DNA of 64,000 nt from Promethearchaeia archaeon (GCA_029856145.1 JAHQWK010000001.1:160001-224000); one strand, 5' to 3'. Shown: positions 1 through 9,842, numbered from the stretch's first letter. Program-made: numbers and translations. The notes: a model not told the origin generated them from the letters alone.

Positions 1-247
1 TTTCAAATACGAATTTGCTAATTATTTGATAAATTTAATATTAAAAAAATTACACTAGCATCCATAAATTCTATAGATTAACACAATTTTTGGTAATTTT
101 AATATACTTATTTGAATATAACCATATCTTTTTCTGTCTGCAAAAAATTATATTGAGATAATATATTGTTTAATTAAAATAGGAAAAATTAATTATACAG
201 CAATTCATATTTATTTTAACCAATTTACCATATGGAATACATTAACA

Positions 248-1060
248 ATGGCAAAGAAAAAATCATGGCTCCAAATGCCAGTAATCCACTCAAAATTTCA
301 TGATGAAAAATTAGAGAGTGTTTTAATTAAAAAATCTTTAGAATTTTTAACTGGTGAAAGAGGTGAAGCGCCTTCCTTCCTATTTCTTTCAGGGGCTTTT
401 TTTGATGTGAAATCATTTGCATATTCTGGATTAAGAGCTTGGAAGGGTGCTGTAAAGCCTTCAGAAGCTAATGGAGGAAGAAGACCAGTTTTAGAAGCAA
501 CATTTGCTTCATTATCAGTTTATTTAAGCTCATTATTAGCACTACAATCAGATTTTTATTTTGCATATGATGAAATTAAAGATATCTTAATAGAAAAGAA
601 AAGAGAAGATCTCTGGACTATTGTCTCAGAAAAACTGCCATTTATTTCTATACCTCCAAAGGAAATGTATGGGTCGCAAGTATCTCCTATCTCTCCATAT
701 TTTGTAATTAAACAAGAGGAAGATCTAATTTTAGGAGAAATTTATCCTTCGGCATATTTATCTCAAGTTATTAGGAATATAAAGACAAGATTTTTTGTTT
801 TTTTTCAATATCAAGGATATTCTGCTTTCGGATTCTTTAATGCAATACCAGAACTTGCAAAATTTGGTTTTAATGAGCAGCCAAACGATTTTAATGGAGA
901 ACCTACTGGAGAGAATTTAATTAAATTTTCAAAAAATGTAAAGAACGTAAAGGAAATTTTAGTAGCACTTATTCATGCTCATAATAACGCTTTACTTGAA
1001 CAATTTTTAATACCTGATTATGAATTACTATTAAATAAATTATTAGAAGGTGAAGTTTAG
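248..1060 (+). CDS. Hypothetical protein, probably co-transcribed with the downstream small GTPase
   Basis: 270-aa ORF with ATG start; stop is 3 nt before the GTPase ATG; no recognisable motif. Confidence 0.75.
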   Translation: MAKKKSWLQMPVIHSKFHDEKLESVLIKKSLEFLTGERGEAPSFLFLSGAFFDVKSFAYSGLRAWKGAVKPSEANGGRRPVLEATFASLSVYLSSLLALQSDFYFAYDEIKDILIEKKREDLWTIVSEKLPFISIPPKEMYGSQVSPISPYFVIKQEEDLILGEIYPSAYLSQVIRNIKTRFFVFFQYQGYSAFGFFNAIPELAKFGFNEQPNDFNGEPTGENLIKFSKNVKNVKEILVALIHAHNNALLEQFLIPDYELLLNKLLEGEV

Positions 1061-1063
1061 GGG

Positions 1064-1693
1064 ATGGTAAATATTGGACTCCTGGGGGATGTGAGTGTTG
1101 GAAAAACTAGTATCCTAAGGTTATTCGTGAGATATTTGAAAAAAGGTGATATTGAAAAAGTTAAAGGTGGGATAAAATGTTCAGTTGTTAAAGCGGATTT
1201 CTCTGGAGAAGCCACAGTTCCGGGAGGAGAAAAGGAGGATTCTCTTAACGAAAAAGAAACTAAAACAATCCATCCAAACCGAATTGTGTTTAGAGAAGAC
1301 ACAACAAACAGAGCGCATACAATTTTCGCACCTGGTGGAGATAGAGCTCGTGCCGTTGTGAAGATGGGCATCATAACAATTTCCCGTATTGCAACACAGA
1401 TTATAGCCGTATTTTCCCTCGATAGAGACCTAACAACTCAATTTGAGTTTTTCAATGATGTTAGGTTTTTTCCAGATAAAATTTATGTCTGTATAAATAA
1501 AATCGATTTGGTTGAAGGTGACAAAGAGAAAAAGCTTAATGAGGTGAAAGTGCAAATTAATGATTTCTTTGAAAAAAGAAAGATAGCTATTAATGATACT
1601 TTCATAACCTGTGGTGAAACCATTGAAGGATTTGAAGATGTTGAAATATATAATAACCAAGTCGCAGAAATGATTTTAGAAATTACTACTTAA
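1064..1693 (+). CDS. Small Ras-superfamily-like GTPase with atypical G3 motif
   Basis: G1 GDVSVGKT, G4 NKID, G5-like TCG; the G3 position reads FAPGG instead of DxxG. Confidence 0.85.
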   Translation: MVNIGLLGDVSVGKTSILRLFVRYLKKGDIEKVKGGIKCSVVKADFSGEATVPGGEKEDSLNEKETKTIHPNRIVFREDTTNRAHTIFAPGGDRARAVVKMGIITISRIATQIIAVFSLDRDLTTQFEFFNDVRFFPDKIYVCINKIDLVEGDKEKKLNEVKVQINDFFEKRKIAINDTFITCGETIEGFEDVEIYNNQVAEMILEITT

Positions 1694-1727
1694 CAGTAAA
1701 TATTAATTTTCAGGAATTTATTTTATT

Positions 1728-2243
1728 CTACTTTCTCAACTTTAAAGCAGTTTTTAGAAAAAGCTTTTCTAAATCTATTAGATACCCAATTAAAGGAGTT
1801 AGGCTCACCTTATTCAAATTCTTTTCAATTGTGACAAATCCCATTCTTTTTAATTCTTTAATATCTTCTAAAACTCCTTTTTTTTTTCTTATATCTTTGA
1901 TTTTTTGAATTGTAGTTTCCCCGGAACTATTAAAACAACATATTAAGGTACAAAATAATGTTGCTGCTAATCTAGGGTTTCCATTAAATGGATTTGCTGA
2001 TATAATTTCATTTGTTTCTGGATCGAAAGAAATATACCAATATGAGTTCAGAGGGTTAAATCTAATTTGAAGATTTAAAGGCTCAAGATAATTAGATAAA
2101 TTATTTATTAAATTTTGAAAATAAATCGACTTATTCTTATCTTTAACATTTAAAGCATTAAGAATTTCTCCTTCAGTAGCTCCTATCTTAGATTTGTATG
2201 TTTTTCTACTTAATAAATACATCAAAACTGTCAATTCATTCAT
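1728..2243 (-). CDS. Kite-like (ScpB/Nse1-Nse3-type) tandem winged-helix SMC accessory protein
   Basis: 171 aa; pattern LINNLSNYLEPLNLQIRF..WYI / LAATLFCTLI / IKELKRMGFV..VSLTP fits two winged helices; last gene of the SMC operon. Confidence 0.65.
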   Translation of the reverse strand: MNELTVLMYLLSRKTYKSKIGATEGEILNALNVKDKNKSIYFQNLINNLSNYLEPLNLQIRFNPLNSYWYISFDPETNEIISANPFNGNPRLAATLFCTLICCFNSSGETTIQKIKDIRKKKGVLEDIKELKRMGFVTIEKNLNKVSLTPLIGYLIDLEKLFLKTALKLRK

Positions 2244-2249
2244 AGTGAT

Positions 2250-2906
2250 TCATCTCTCTTCTAAATATAAAAAATTTGATTCTTTTTGAAATTTAATTTT
2301 CCCCAATTGGAGTAGATGTAAAAGATATACGAAATATTCAAAGAGTTTTATTTGATCATGTTCATCTTCAAAAATTTCGTCATAAGAACACGGTAATTTG
2401 CTTTTAATTAAATCAAAAAAAGTCATCATTTTTTCAGTAAATTTCTGTTTGGGTATTTCTAATAAAAAGTTTGCTTTAAAATCTATTTTATCAATAGGTT
2501 CAATTATCAAAGGTTCCTTTTTCTCATTAACCAATTTATCTTTAGACGATTCAAGAAATTTTAAAGAAATTGCATCAACATTAAAAGGAGCTCTCCAGCA
2601 ATCATCTAATAATTGATGAATTTCTAAATCATTTGGATTTGTTTTTAAAAAATCGATAAATTTCTCTTTATTATCTAAAAAGTCTAGAAATATTCTTAAT
2701 TCTTCAAATTTCTGACTGAGAAGATGAAAGGCACTCTTATAAGTCATAGAATATTTGTTTAAGTTAAAGATATTAAGTGAATCTTTTAAATTCTCAAAAA
2801 TTGGCACTAATTCTATATCTAAAAGAGAAATCTCTCCGGAAAGGACTCTTGTTTTAATAGTTTCAATCATTTTATTTATTTCTTCAGAGAAATCTTTGTA
2901 TTGCAT
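2250..2906 (-). CDS. Kleisin-like (ScpA/Nse4-type) subunit
   Basis: N-terminal GEISLLDIELVPIF resembles the ScpA N-terminus; C-terminal FVYLLHLLQLGKIKFQKE fits the kleisin winged-helix motif; 12 nt downstream of smc. Confidence 0.75.
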   Translation of the reverse strand: MQYKDFSEEINKMIETIKTRVLSGEISLLDIELVPIFENLKDSLNIFNLNKYSMTYKSAFHLLSQKFEELRIFLDFLDNKEKFIDFLKTNPNDLEIHQLLDDCWRAPFNVDAISLKFLESSKDKLVNEKKEPLIIEPIDKIDFKANFLLEIPKQKFTEKMMTFFDLIKSKLPCSYDEIFEDEHDQIKLFEYFVYLLHLLQLGKIKFQKESNFLYLEER

Positions 2907-2918
2907 TTTTATTGAATC

Positions 2919-5900
2919 CTATTTAATCTTTATAATTTTTGGTTTAAATATGGAAGAAATTTCTTTTTTTCCTACTCTTGCTATCCCGATTAGTTTTTCT
3001 GCAAGCAAGAATAATGAATTTGAAGATTTTGGTAAGAACATAAATAACTGAATCGGATTTTGCTCTAATGTTGATTTAATTAATTGATATACTACTTCTG
3101 AATTCTTTTCATCTAAAAACATCCCGGGTTCATCAAGCATAGAAAGTGCAGAAGGCTTAATTTCTTGCAAAGATAAGATCAAGCATATTGAAATAAGAGA
3201 AACCTGCCCTCCGCTTAACGCAGTAAAAGATTTTAATTGCTCTTTTGAGGTCGCTGCTTTAATATCAACGCCTAAGTTTTCAAAATCTCCTATTAATCCA
3301 AGATAACAATAAGATTTAATCTGAGAATCTTCAAATTTTTGATTAACCCTCTTTTGGAGATTATCTAGCAAGACACTAAATTTTTGATAATATGTTTTTT
3401 CCATTTTATTTTCTGTTTTCATTGCTGCTTTAACATCTTTCTCCAAGTTATTTTGATTTTTTGAGATTTCCTTAAGAGATGTTAATATCTGGTCTTTCTC
3501 AATCAGAATAGAATCTTCAACATCTAAATATTTGAGTAATTCTTTATCAATTTTAGAAATATCGGTTTTAATTTCCTCTATAGAACGAATTTTAATTATT
3601 TTTTCTGAGATTAAAGGACCTATTTCTGAATTAATTCTAGCTAAATCACTCTTTTTTGATTCAAGATCTTGATTATAAGAGGTTAACTTGATATTTTCTT
3701 GCTCATAGTTTAAGGTTATTTGAATATTCTTCTTCTCTAAATCACTCTTTTTGTTTTTTAATAATATTATTTCTCCTTTTAAATCAGCAATTTCATCTTC
3801 AGTTATTTTAATTTCCTCTTCCACATTTTCTAACTGACGATATATATTAAATGCCGTTTTATCTGCTTTCTGAAAAGCTTCTTTTTTTGTTTCATGCTCT
3901 TTTTGTATTGAATTCTTTTCAAATGTATGTTTATTTAATTTATCTTTTACTTCTTTTAGAATTTCTAAATTTTCACTTAATTTTAAATCCCATTTTTTCT
4001 TATCTTCATTGAGGAAAGTCAATTCATTAGGTATTTCTTTAATCCTGTCATTCCACTTGAAAAATTCTGGATCTGTTTGAGATTTTAACTCTTTAATTTG
4101 ATAATCATGTTCTTTAATTTCACTTTTAAGGTCTAAATTGATATTTTCTAATTCATGCATTTGATTGTATAACTGATTCTTTTTTGATGTAATTCTTTGT
4201 TTTTGGTTAAAATTGTAGAGGAGATCATTGAAAGACTCTTTTTTTTTAAATGTATCTTTTTGTATTGTATCTAATTTGGCTTGTTCAACTCTTAATTCTG
4301 AAATGGTATCATTTAAAGACTTTATTTCAGCTTCTAATACCTTGGATTGCTCTTTTTGAGTACCAGCACTTAATAATCCTTTTAATCTTTTTAAATACGG
4401 TGTTTCAAAGACATATTTATAAGAAATTATTTGTTCTCCCTTTAATGTTACACATTTTCCTTTGAAATTGAGTGTTTGATAGATTTGTCTCCCTGAGTGG
4501 TAATCACTTACAACAAGGCAATTTTTTATTTTTGAATAAATAACTTTTTTAATATCAATATCATCATCAATGATTTTAATTAATTCAGCTAAATAACCAA
4601 CCACATCAGTAGCAGAAATTTTCATAAGGGGTGTAATACTTATATTTTTAGGAAGATAAATATTACAGTATGCACCATATTTATCTTTTAGTCTCTTTAA
4701 CAAGTTTAAGGTATCCCAATCGTTAGCTACAAAACTATAGAGCAATCTTTCACCTAAAACTGATTCTATAGCATAGCTTAACTCATCATTATATTTTAAA
4801 TAATCAATAATAGGCCCCTTTACTTTTAATCCTCTTTTTTTTATCTCATCTTTAAGAATAGTTATACTTGAAGGGAGAATTACTCGTCGTTCTCTAAGCG
4901 AAGCCTGTAATATCTTTAATTTCTTTAATTTTTTAGATTTTGTGAAATCTAACTGCTTTATTTCGGATTCAATTTCAAATAATCTTAATGATGCTCTTTT
5001 CAGTTCTCTATCAAATTGAGTTATTAGATTTTTGGAGGGATTTTCTAAAAACCATTTATTTTTTTCTAATTTGTGCTCGATATCTTTAAAACTTTGAAAA
5101 AGCTGATTAATCTCATCATTAAAAACCTTTATTGATTTCTCATTCTCTTGGATTTTTGATAATCTTTCTTTTTTCTCAAGATTTATTTGATTGAATTTAT
5201 CAAGAAGTTCCCTATTTTGCTTTATTTTTTTTATTAATTGGTCCTGTTCAGTTATTAATTTATCAATATGTAATTCTGCATTTTTAGTTTCCTTTTTTAT
5301 TGCTTTTAATTCGTTTTCCATACTACTTTTCTGTTTCTCGAAATTATCAATTAATCTATTGAATTCCTTAATCTTTGCTGATAGCTCGTCTAACTCTTGT
5401 TTTGCTAATATTTTGTCTTTTTGCCAATTTTGAATTTTTGCAGCTAAATCTTTCTTTTTATAACTTAGCGCCCCAACTTCTTTTGAAAGTTTATTAATGT
5501 TTAATTCCTTATCTGAAATTTTATTTATTAATGCGTTTATTTCCTTATCGGAAATTTCCTTTTTCTTCTTAATTCCATCTAATACAGATTTAACATTTTT
5601 AATTATCTCTTCAATATTTATAATTTCTTTCTCTAAGCGATCTCTATTGGCCCATAAGAGCTCATCAGTAAATTTCGTTTTAATATCTAACAATTTATGC
5701 TTTTTTTCTAGGCGCTCCAATTTAGGATTTAATAGCTCCAAGCTAATATTTAATGTGTTTTTTCTACTTTTTAATGATTGAAGGTTATTGTTTAAATTTA
5801 GTACATTAGTTTTTTGTTGTAAAATTTCATCTCTCAACTCTTTTAATCCAATACCTTCCTCAAGAAAAGTACATAATTCTGTTGGTTTTAAATTTTTAAT

Positions 5901-6380
5901 AGCATCAATTTTCCCCTGGCTAACAATCGCAAACTGATTATCTGGATTGATATTTAAATCAGAAATTAATTTCTGAATATCTTGAGCTGATATTTTTTTG
6001 AAGTCATTATCACTCTTTCTTTGAATATTGAAATATGGAGATTGCCCCCTAATAACATATCTTCTTATTTTTATAATTTCTTCCACATTTTGAATATGAA
6101 CCTCAACCATTGCATGATTTTGTCTATTTCTAATGAAATTAGACCATTTTTTATATCGTTCATCTCTTTCATTACTCCCTAGAGCAAACTTAATTGCTTG
6201 AAATACAGAAGTTTTCCCACTCCAATTTGGGCCTACAATAATCACGAATTTTGATTTACCGAAATCAACTTCATCCTTCTGGAAAGATAAAAAATTTTCT
6301 AAAATTACTTTTCTAATGAAAATTCTTTTATTTTCCATTGAATTGATTTCATTTTTATTTGTTCGTGATCTAGAAGCCAA
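2919..6380 (-). CDS. smc: SMC ATPase, SMC5/6-like
   Basis: Walker A GPNWSGKT, Q-loop IVSQG, long coiled coils, hinge VKGPIIDYL..AIESVLG, signature LSGGQ, Walker B MLDEP; TTG start preceded by a GAGGT SD-like motif. Confidence 0.93.
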   Translation of the reverse strand: MASRSRTNKNEINSMENKRIFIRKVILENFLSFQKDEVDFGKSKFVIIVGPNWSGKTSVFQAIKFALGSNERDERYKKWSNFIRNRQNHAMVEVHIQNVEEIIKIRRYVIRGQSPYFNIQRKSDNDFKKISAQDIQKLISDLNINPDNQFAIVSQGKIDAIKNLKPTELCTFLEEGIGLKELRDEILQQKTNVLNLNNNLQSLKSRKNTLNISLELLNPKLERLEKKHKLLDIKTKFTDELLWANRDRLEKEIINIEEIIKNVKSVLDGIKKKKEISDKEINALINKISDKELNINKLSKEVGALSYKKKDLAAKIQNWQKDKILAKQELDELSAKIKEFNRLIDNFEKQKSSMENELKAIKKETKNAELHIDKLITEQDQLIKKIKQNRELLDKFNQINLEKKERLSKIQENEKSIKVFNDEINQLFQSFKDIEHKLEKNKWFLENPSKNLITQFDRELKRASLRLFEIESEIKQLDFTKSKKLKKLKILQASLRERRVILPSSITILKDEIKKRGLKVKGPIIDYLKYNDELSYAIESVLGERLLYSFVANDWDTLNLLKRLKDKYGAYCNIYLPKNISITPLMKISATDVVGYLAELIKIIDDDIDIKKVIYSKIKNCLVVSDYHSGRQIYQTLNFKGKCVTLKGEQIISYKYVFETPYLKRLKGLLSAGTQKEQSKVLEAEIKSLNDTISELRVEQAKLDTIQKDTFKKKESFNDLLYNFNQKQRITSKKNQLYNQMHELENINLDLKSEIKEHDYQIKELKSQTDPEFFKWNDRIKEIPNELTFLNEDKKKWDLKLSENLEILKEVKDKLNKHTFEKNSIQKEHETKKEAFQKADKTAFNIYRQLENVEEEIKITEDEIADLKGEIILLKNKKSDLEKKNIQITLNYEQENIKLTSYNQDLESKKSDLARINSEIGPLISEKIIKIRSIEEIKTDISKIDKELLKYLDVEDSILIEKDQILTSLKEISKNQNNLEKDVKAAMKTENKMEKTYYQKFSVLLDNLQKRVNQKFEDSQIKSYCYLGLIGDFENLGVDIKAATSKEQLKSFTALSGGQVSLISICLILSLQEIKPSALSMLDEPGMFLDEKNSEVVYQLIKSTLEQNPIQLFMFLPKSSNSLFLLAEKLIGIARVGKKEISSIFKPKIIKIK

Positions 6381-6401
6381 ATTACCTCATCCTTTCATTT
6401 A

Positions 6402-7652
6402 TCATTTACCAAACGCTTGTTTTATTAGATCTACCCTCTTTTTAGCCTTCTCTAAGTTTATTTGTGCTTTGTTTGGAGAATCATTTAAAATAAATGGATA
6501 TCTTGCTAACATTTTCATATCATTATCCTCCAACGGCTCTTTTTTATTTAATTTATCAATAATAATTGTAAGTTCTGTATAATTCTTAGAAGCCGCATCT
6601 TCATATAATTGATTTAGCATGAAGTCTGAAATTCGTGATTCTCGAATTCCATTAACAAAATCCCTAATATCTTTGATATCTTCTACTTTTTTAAATATTT
6701 GGGTCGGAATTTTTTCATTATTTTGATGAATCTCTGCCTCTAACTCAATATTTGAGTTTTTTTCTGAATTTTGAGTCATAGAATTAGGAATATATTCACC
6801 CGAAACAATCATATCAATCAAAACATCGGTGATTTCATTGCTCATTTCATTCAATTCTGAATTTAAGAAATGTTTGAATATTCCTACTTTCAACAATTGC
6901 AAAATGTCTTTAACTTCCCAATTTTCTGTATAATTTACGATATCATTAATATCGAAGACTATTTTCGGGTTTTTTTCTAAAAAATCTTTCAATACAGTTT
7001 CTCGCTCTATTCTATTCAATAATGGGACTTTAATAAAAAGATCAAAGGTAGAATATATTTTATTAGACACACTTTTAATGTCTTGAATCTCATAATTTAT
7101 CCAAACTAAAATTAAATTAGAGTCAATAAATTTATAATCAAAACTCTTGTTTTGCCAAGCATTTAGAAAAACTTCTAATAAACTTTTATTTTCAAATTTT
7201 TGTCTGAATACAGGTTGTTGATTAATCAATAATACTTTTTTTTCCTCAACTTTATCAGGATCTCTCGTATCCGTTTCAGTTTTCTCTTCTTTTTTTCCAT
7301 CTTTTCCAAAAGCTTCTAATATTGAAATAAAACTTTTTAAAAATTTATTAGGATTCTTAAGAAGTTCAATATCGTTAAATTCAATTAAATCTAAGTAGTA
7401 ATTTTTAGTAATTAGTTTGATATAATCTAGTATATCCGTTCCGAGATTAAGATTAATTAAAATGGCTCCTTTTGGCTCTATATAACCATTTAAAGTTGGA
7501 TCGTCATGATTAGTTAACATAGCCTTGAGAAAATTAATAATATCATTATATTTATCCCGATAGAAAATATCTTCTTTATTAATATTAATTTCTGAAGGTG
7601 AAATTACCTTAAAATACTTTGAAAATTCCGGAATGTCATTTAATTCTTTCAT
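6402..7652 (-). CDS. Degenerate (probably catalytically dead) classic-clade AAA+ domain protein
   Basis: EPKGAILINLNLGTDI aligns to PKGxLLxGPPGTGKT; KKVLLINQ occupies the Walker B position; FDLFIKVPLLNRIERETVLK..DINDIVNYTENWEVKDILQL aligns to the AAA lid; catalytic K and DE residues are absent. Confidence 0.7.
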   Translation of the reverse strand: MKELNDIPEFSKYFKVISPSEININKEDIFYRDKYNDIINFLKAMLTNHDDPTLNGYIEPKGAILINLNLGTDILDYIKLITKNYYLDLIEFNDIELLKNPNKFLKSFISILEAFGKDGKKEEKTETDTRDPDKVEEKKVLLINQQPVFRQKFENKSLLEVFLNAWQNKSFDYKFIDSNLILVWINYEIQDIKSVSNKIYSTFDLFIKVPLLNRIERETVLKDFLEKNPKIVFDINDIVNYTENWEVKDILQLLKVGIFKHFLNSELNEMSNEITDVLIDMIVSGEYIPNSMTQNSEKNSNIELEAEIHQNNEKIPTQIFKKVEDIKDIRDFVNGIRESRISDFMLNQLYEDAASKNYTELTIIIDKLNKKEPLEDNDMKMLARYPFILNDSPNKAQINLEKAKKRVDLIKQAFGK

Positions 7653-7886
7653 TTACAATTTTCCTTTAATTCTTCCTTAGTTTTATGAACATAAATTACA
7701 AGACATTTAACAAATATATATTTAGCGGTACTCATAGTTAGCGATAATTAGATCCCCGACAAAAACCGTAAAATTTATAAAATCGTATTTTGGAAGAAGA
7801 ACTTCAAAAATTAATTTGAAGACTAAAAATAACACGCACATTACTTTATTAAAGTAAATAATTAAAAAAAAAAGAGATAGAATTTA

Positions 7887-8135
7887 TTATTTTTGTTCCC
7901 AAGGCATACAGAAAAATCCCTTTTCTAACTCATATTTTGAGAACAATCCACAACCAAAACAACTACACCCTTTATTTTCTATTTGATCTCTGGGTTTAGT
8001 AGATGGTCCTCTTGAACAGAAAAGAGCATGCGGCTCAAATTCATTGAGTTGATTTGGTTTGAATGAGGGGCAAGGTCCGCAAAATTTTCTACATTCGTTC
8101 ATGGATTCCTCAGTATCTGGAACCGGTTTTGGCAT
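7887..8135 (-). CDS. Small Cys-rich DUF2769-like metal-binding protein
   Basis: CRKFCGPCPS, LFCSRG, CSCFGC, FFC; the ATG at 8135 is preferred over the upstream TTG at 8177. Confidence 0.7.
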   Translation of the reverse strand: MPKPVPDTEESMNECRKFCGPCPSFKPNQLNEFEPHALFCSRGPSTKPRDQIENKGCSCFGCGLFSKYELEKGFFCMPWEQK

Positions 8136-8260
8136 ATTTTTCACTTGTTTTTTTAGATTTTTAAATATTTTTTTCAAAATTTTGAATTACGATCAAAGTA
8201 AGAAAGTTTATTTTTAAATTTAATAATTATAAACTATTAATTTTAGAGAAAAGGATAAGA

Positions 8261-8656
8261 TTAAGCTAATTCTTGATTTAATAAATCTAGATAAGATGAA
8301 ATCTTTTCTTTAACTATGTCATAATGCGTAAACTTACCTTTTTTCCATCCTTTAATTAAACCAGCATTTTCAAGAATTTTTAGATGATGGGATATAGATG
8401 GTTGTGACTCATCTAAAGCCGCTTCTAATTCACATACACATCTATCTTTTTCTTTTAAAACATTTATAATAATCAAACGTTTCTTATTCGCTAAGGCATT
8501 TACAAAGTTATTTAAATTATCAAACCTAAAATTTTGAATTAATTGATCTCCAATCTCTCTTAATTTTTTAAAATGCTGATCTGGGTTTTCCACATCTTCA
8601 CATTTAATCAATTTAGCTTTAATTTCTTCCTCATGGTCAATATCCATTTTAAACAC
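8261..8656 (-). CDS. arsR: ArsR/SmtB family repressor (As(III)-sensing type)
   Basis: CVCEL motif and SQPSISHHLKILENAGLI HTH; divergent from acr3; start may be the ATG at 8647. Confidence 0.9.
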   Translation of the reverse strand: MFKMDIDHEEEIKAKLIKCEDVENPDQHFKKLREIGDQLIQNFRFDNLNNFVNALANKKRLIIINVLKEKDRCVCELEAALDESQPSISHHLKILENAGLIKGWKKGKFTHYDIVKEKISSYLDLLNQELA

Positions 8657-8717
8657 TTCTTTTAAGGCAAAATTTTAATTATTCAATATTTAAATAGGAT
8701 AAACAACTTTATAATTA

Positions 8718-8751
8718 TTTATCCAAATCAATAAATTTTTATTTGAATAAA
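8718..8751. promoter_or_regulatory. Candidate ArsR operator (imperfect inverted repeat)
   Basis: TTTATCCAAAT-N12-ATTTGAATAAA (1 mismatch) in the arsR/acr3 divergent intergenic region; the AT-rich background weakens significance. Confidence 0.4.
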
Positions 8752-8813
8752 AATTTTGTTATTTAAGATTAATACTGCCCTTTATCAAAATAATTAAAAA
8801 AAACTGAAATATC

Positions 8814-9842
8814 ATGAGTGAAGAAGAAGGAGAAGGTAGAACAATTAGCTTTTTCGAGAAATTTCTCCCACTTTGGGTAGGTTTATGTATCCTCATAGGC
8901 ATTATTCTTTCTCAGGTTATTCCTGGTATTAGCCAAGCTATTAATTCTTTCAGTATCGGTCAGATTTCCATACCAATAGGCATTTGTCTCTTCCTAATGA
9001 TGTATCCAGCAATGTTGAATTTACAAGTTTCGGAATTGAAAAAATTAGGGAAAAATCCTAAACCAATAATTTTAACACTTGTATCTAATTGGTTAGTGGC
9101 TCCATTTATAGGTTTACTTATGGCCCGTATATTTTTACAAGGTTATGAACAATTAGTATTCGCTATTATTTTACTAAGTGCAAGTCCATGCACAGCAATG
9201 GTTTTAGTGTGGGGTTGGATGGCAAAAGGTAATCAGGAACAGAATGTAGTAAATACAAGTCTAAATACGATAACTATAATATTTGGTTATGCTCCTATGG
9301 TGGCATTATTAACAGGTATTCAAAATATTCCTGTTGATTGGCTATTATTATTGGTTTCGGTTTTTATCTTCATTGGACTTCCATTACTAATAGGAATAAT
9401 TAGCAAAAGACTTTTAATATCGTCTAAAGGCGTAGATTGGTTTAATAATATTTATCGACCAATAGTTGGAAAGATATCGATTATGGCACTATTAACAACC
9501 CTGGTTTTACTTTTCTCTATGAATGGAAATGTTCTAATTACTAATCCAGGCTATCTTTTATTAATTTCAATTCCACTCTTACTTGGATTCGTAATTGTAG
9601 TTGGATATAATATAATTATAACCAAACTATTCAAATTAAAGTATCGCGAGGCAATTATCACAGTAATCATAGGTTCATCAAGTCATTTTGAAATTGCTAT
9701 TGCTACAGCTATTGCTATGTATGGAATTGGTTCAATCGCAGCATTGGGCACTACAATGGGATTATTCTGGGAGGTTCCAGTGATGTTATTAATTGTATAT
9801 TTAGGTCGATTTTTAAGAAAGAGAGGTTTTTGGAAATCCTAA
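8814..9842 (+). CDS. acr3: Acr3 arsenite efflux transporter
   Basis: About 10 TM segments; motifs FFEKFLPLWV, MMYPAM, NWLVAPF, SPCTAMVLVW, SSHFEIAIA, EVPVML. Confidence 0.95.
   Translation: MSEEEGEGRTISFFEKFLPLWVGLCILIGIILSQVIPGISQAINSFSIGQISIPIGICLFLMMYPAMLNLQVSELKKLGKNPKPIILTLVSNWLVAPFIGLLMARIFLQGYEQLVFAIILLSASPCTAMVLVWGWMAKGNQEQNVVNTSLNTITIIFGYAPMVALLTGIQNIPVDWLLLLVSVFIFIGLPLLIGIISKRLLISSKGVDWFNNIYRPIVGKISIMALLTTLVLLFSMNGNVLITNPGYLLLISIPLLLGFVIVVGYNIIITKLFKLKYREAIITVIIGSSSHFEIAIATAIAMYGIGSIAALGTTMGLFWEVPVMLLIVYLGRFLRKRGFWKS

Noticed and set aside
1058-1066. In-frame TAG-GGG-ATG suggesting pyrrolysine readthrough fusing the 270-aa ORF to the GTPase
   Set aside because: In-frame adjacency has a one-in-three chance, the GTPase has its own ATG with an upstream GGTGA SD-like motif, and no pyl genes are in the window
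2241-2252. Kleisin TGA in frame with the kite ATG (possible Sec or readthrough fusion)
   Set aside because: No redox motif context and no SECIS-like element seen; ordinary operon spacing explains it
1728-7652. Wadjet (JetABCD)/MksBEFG anti-plasmid system
   Set aside because: No Toprim JetD/MksG nuclease is present, the kleisin is short and ScpA-like, gene order differs, and the SMC motifs look SMC5/6-like rather than MukB/JetC-like
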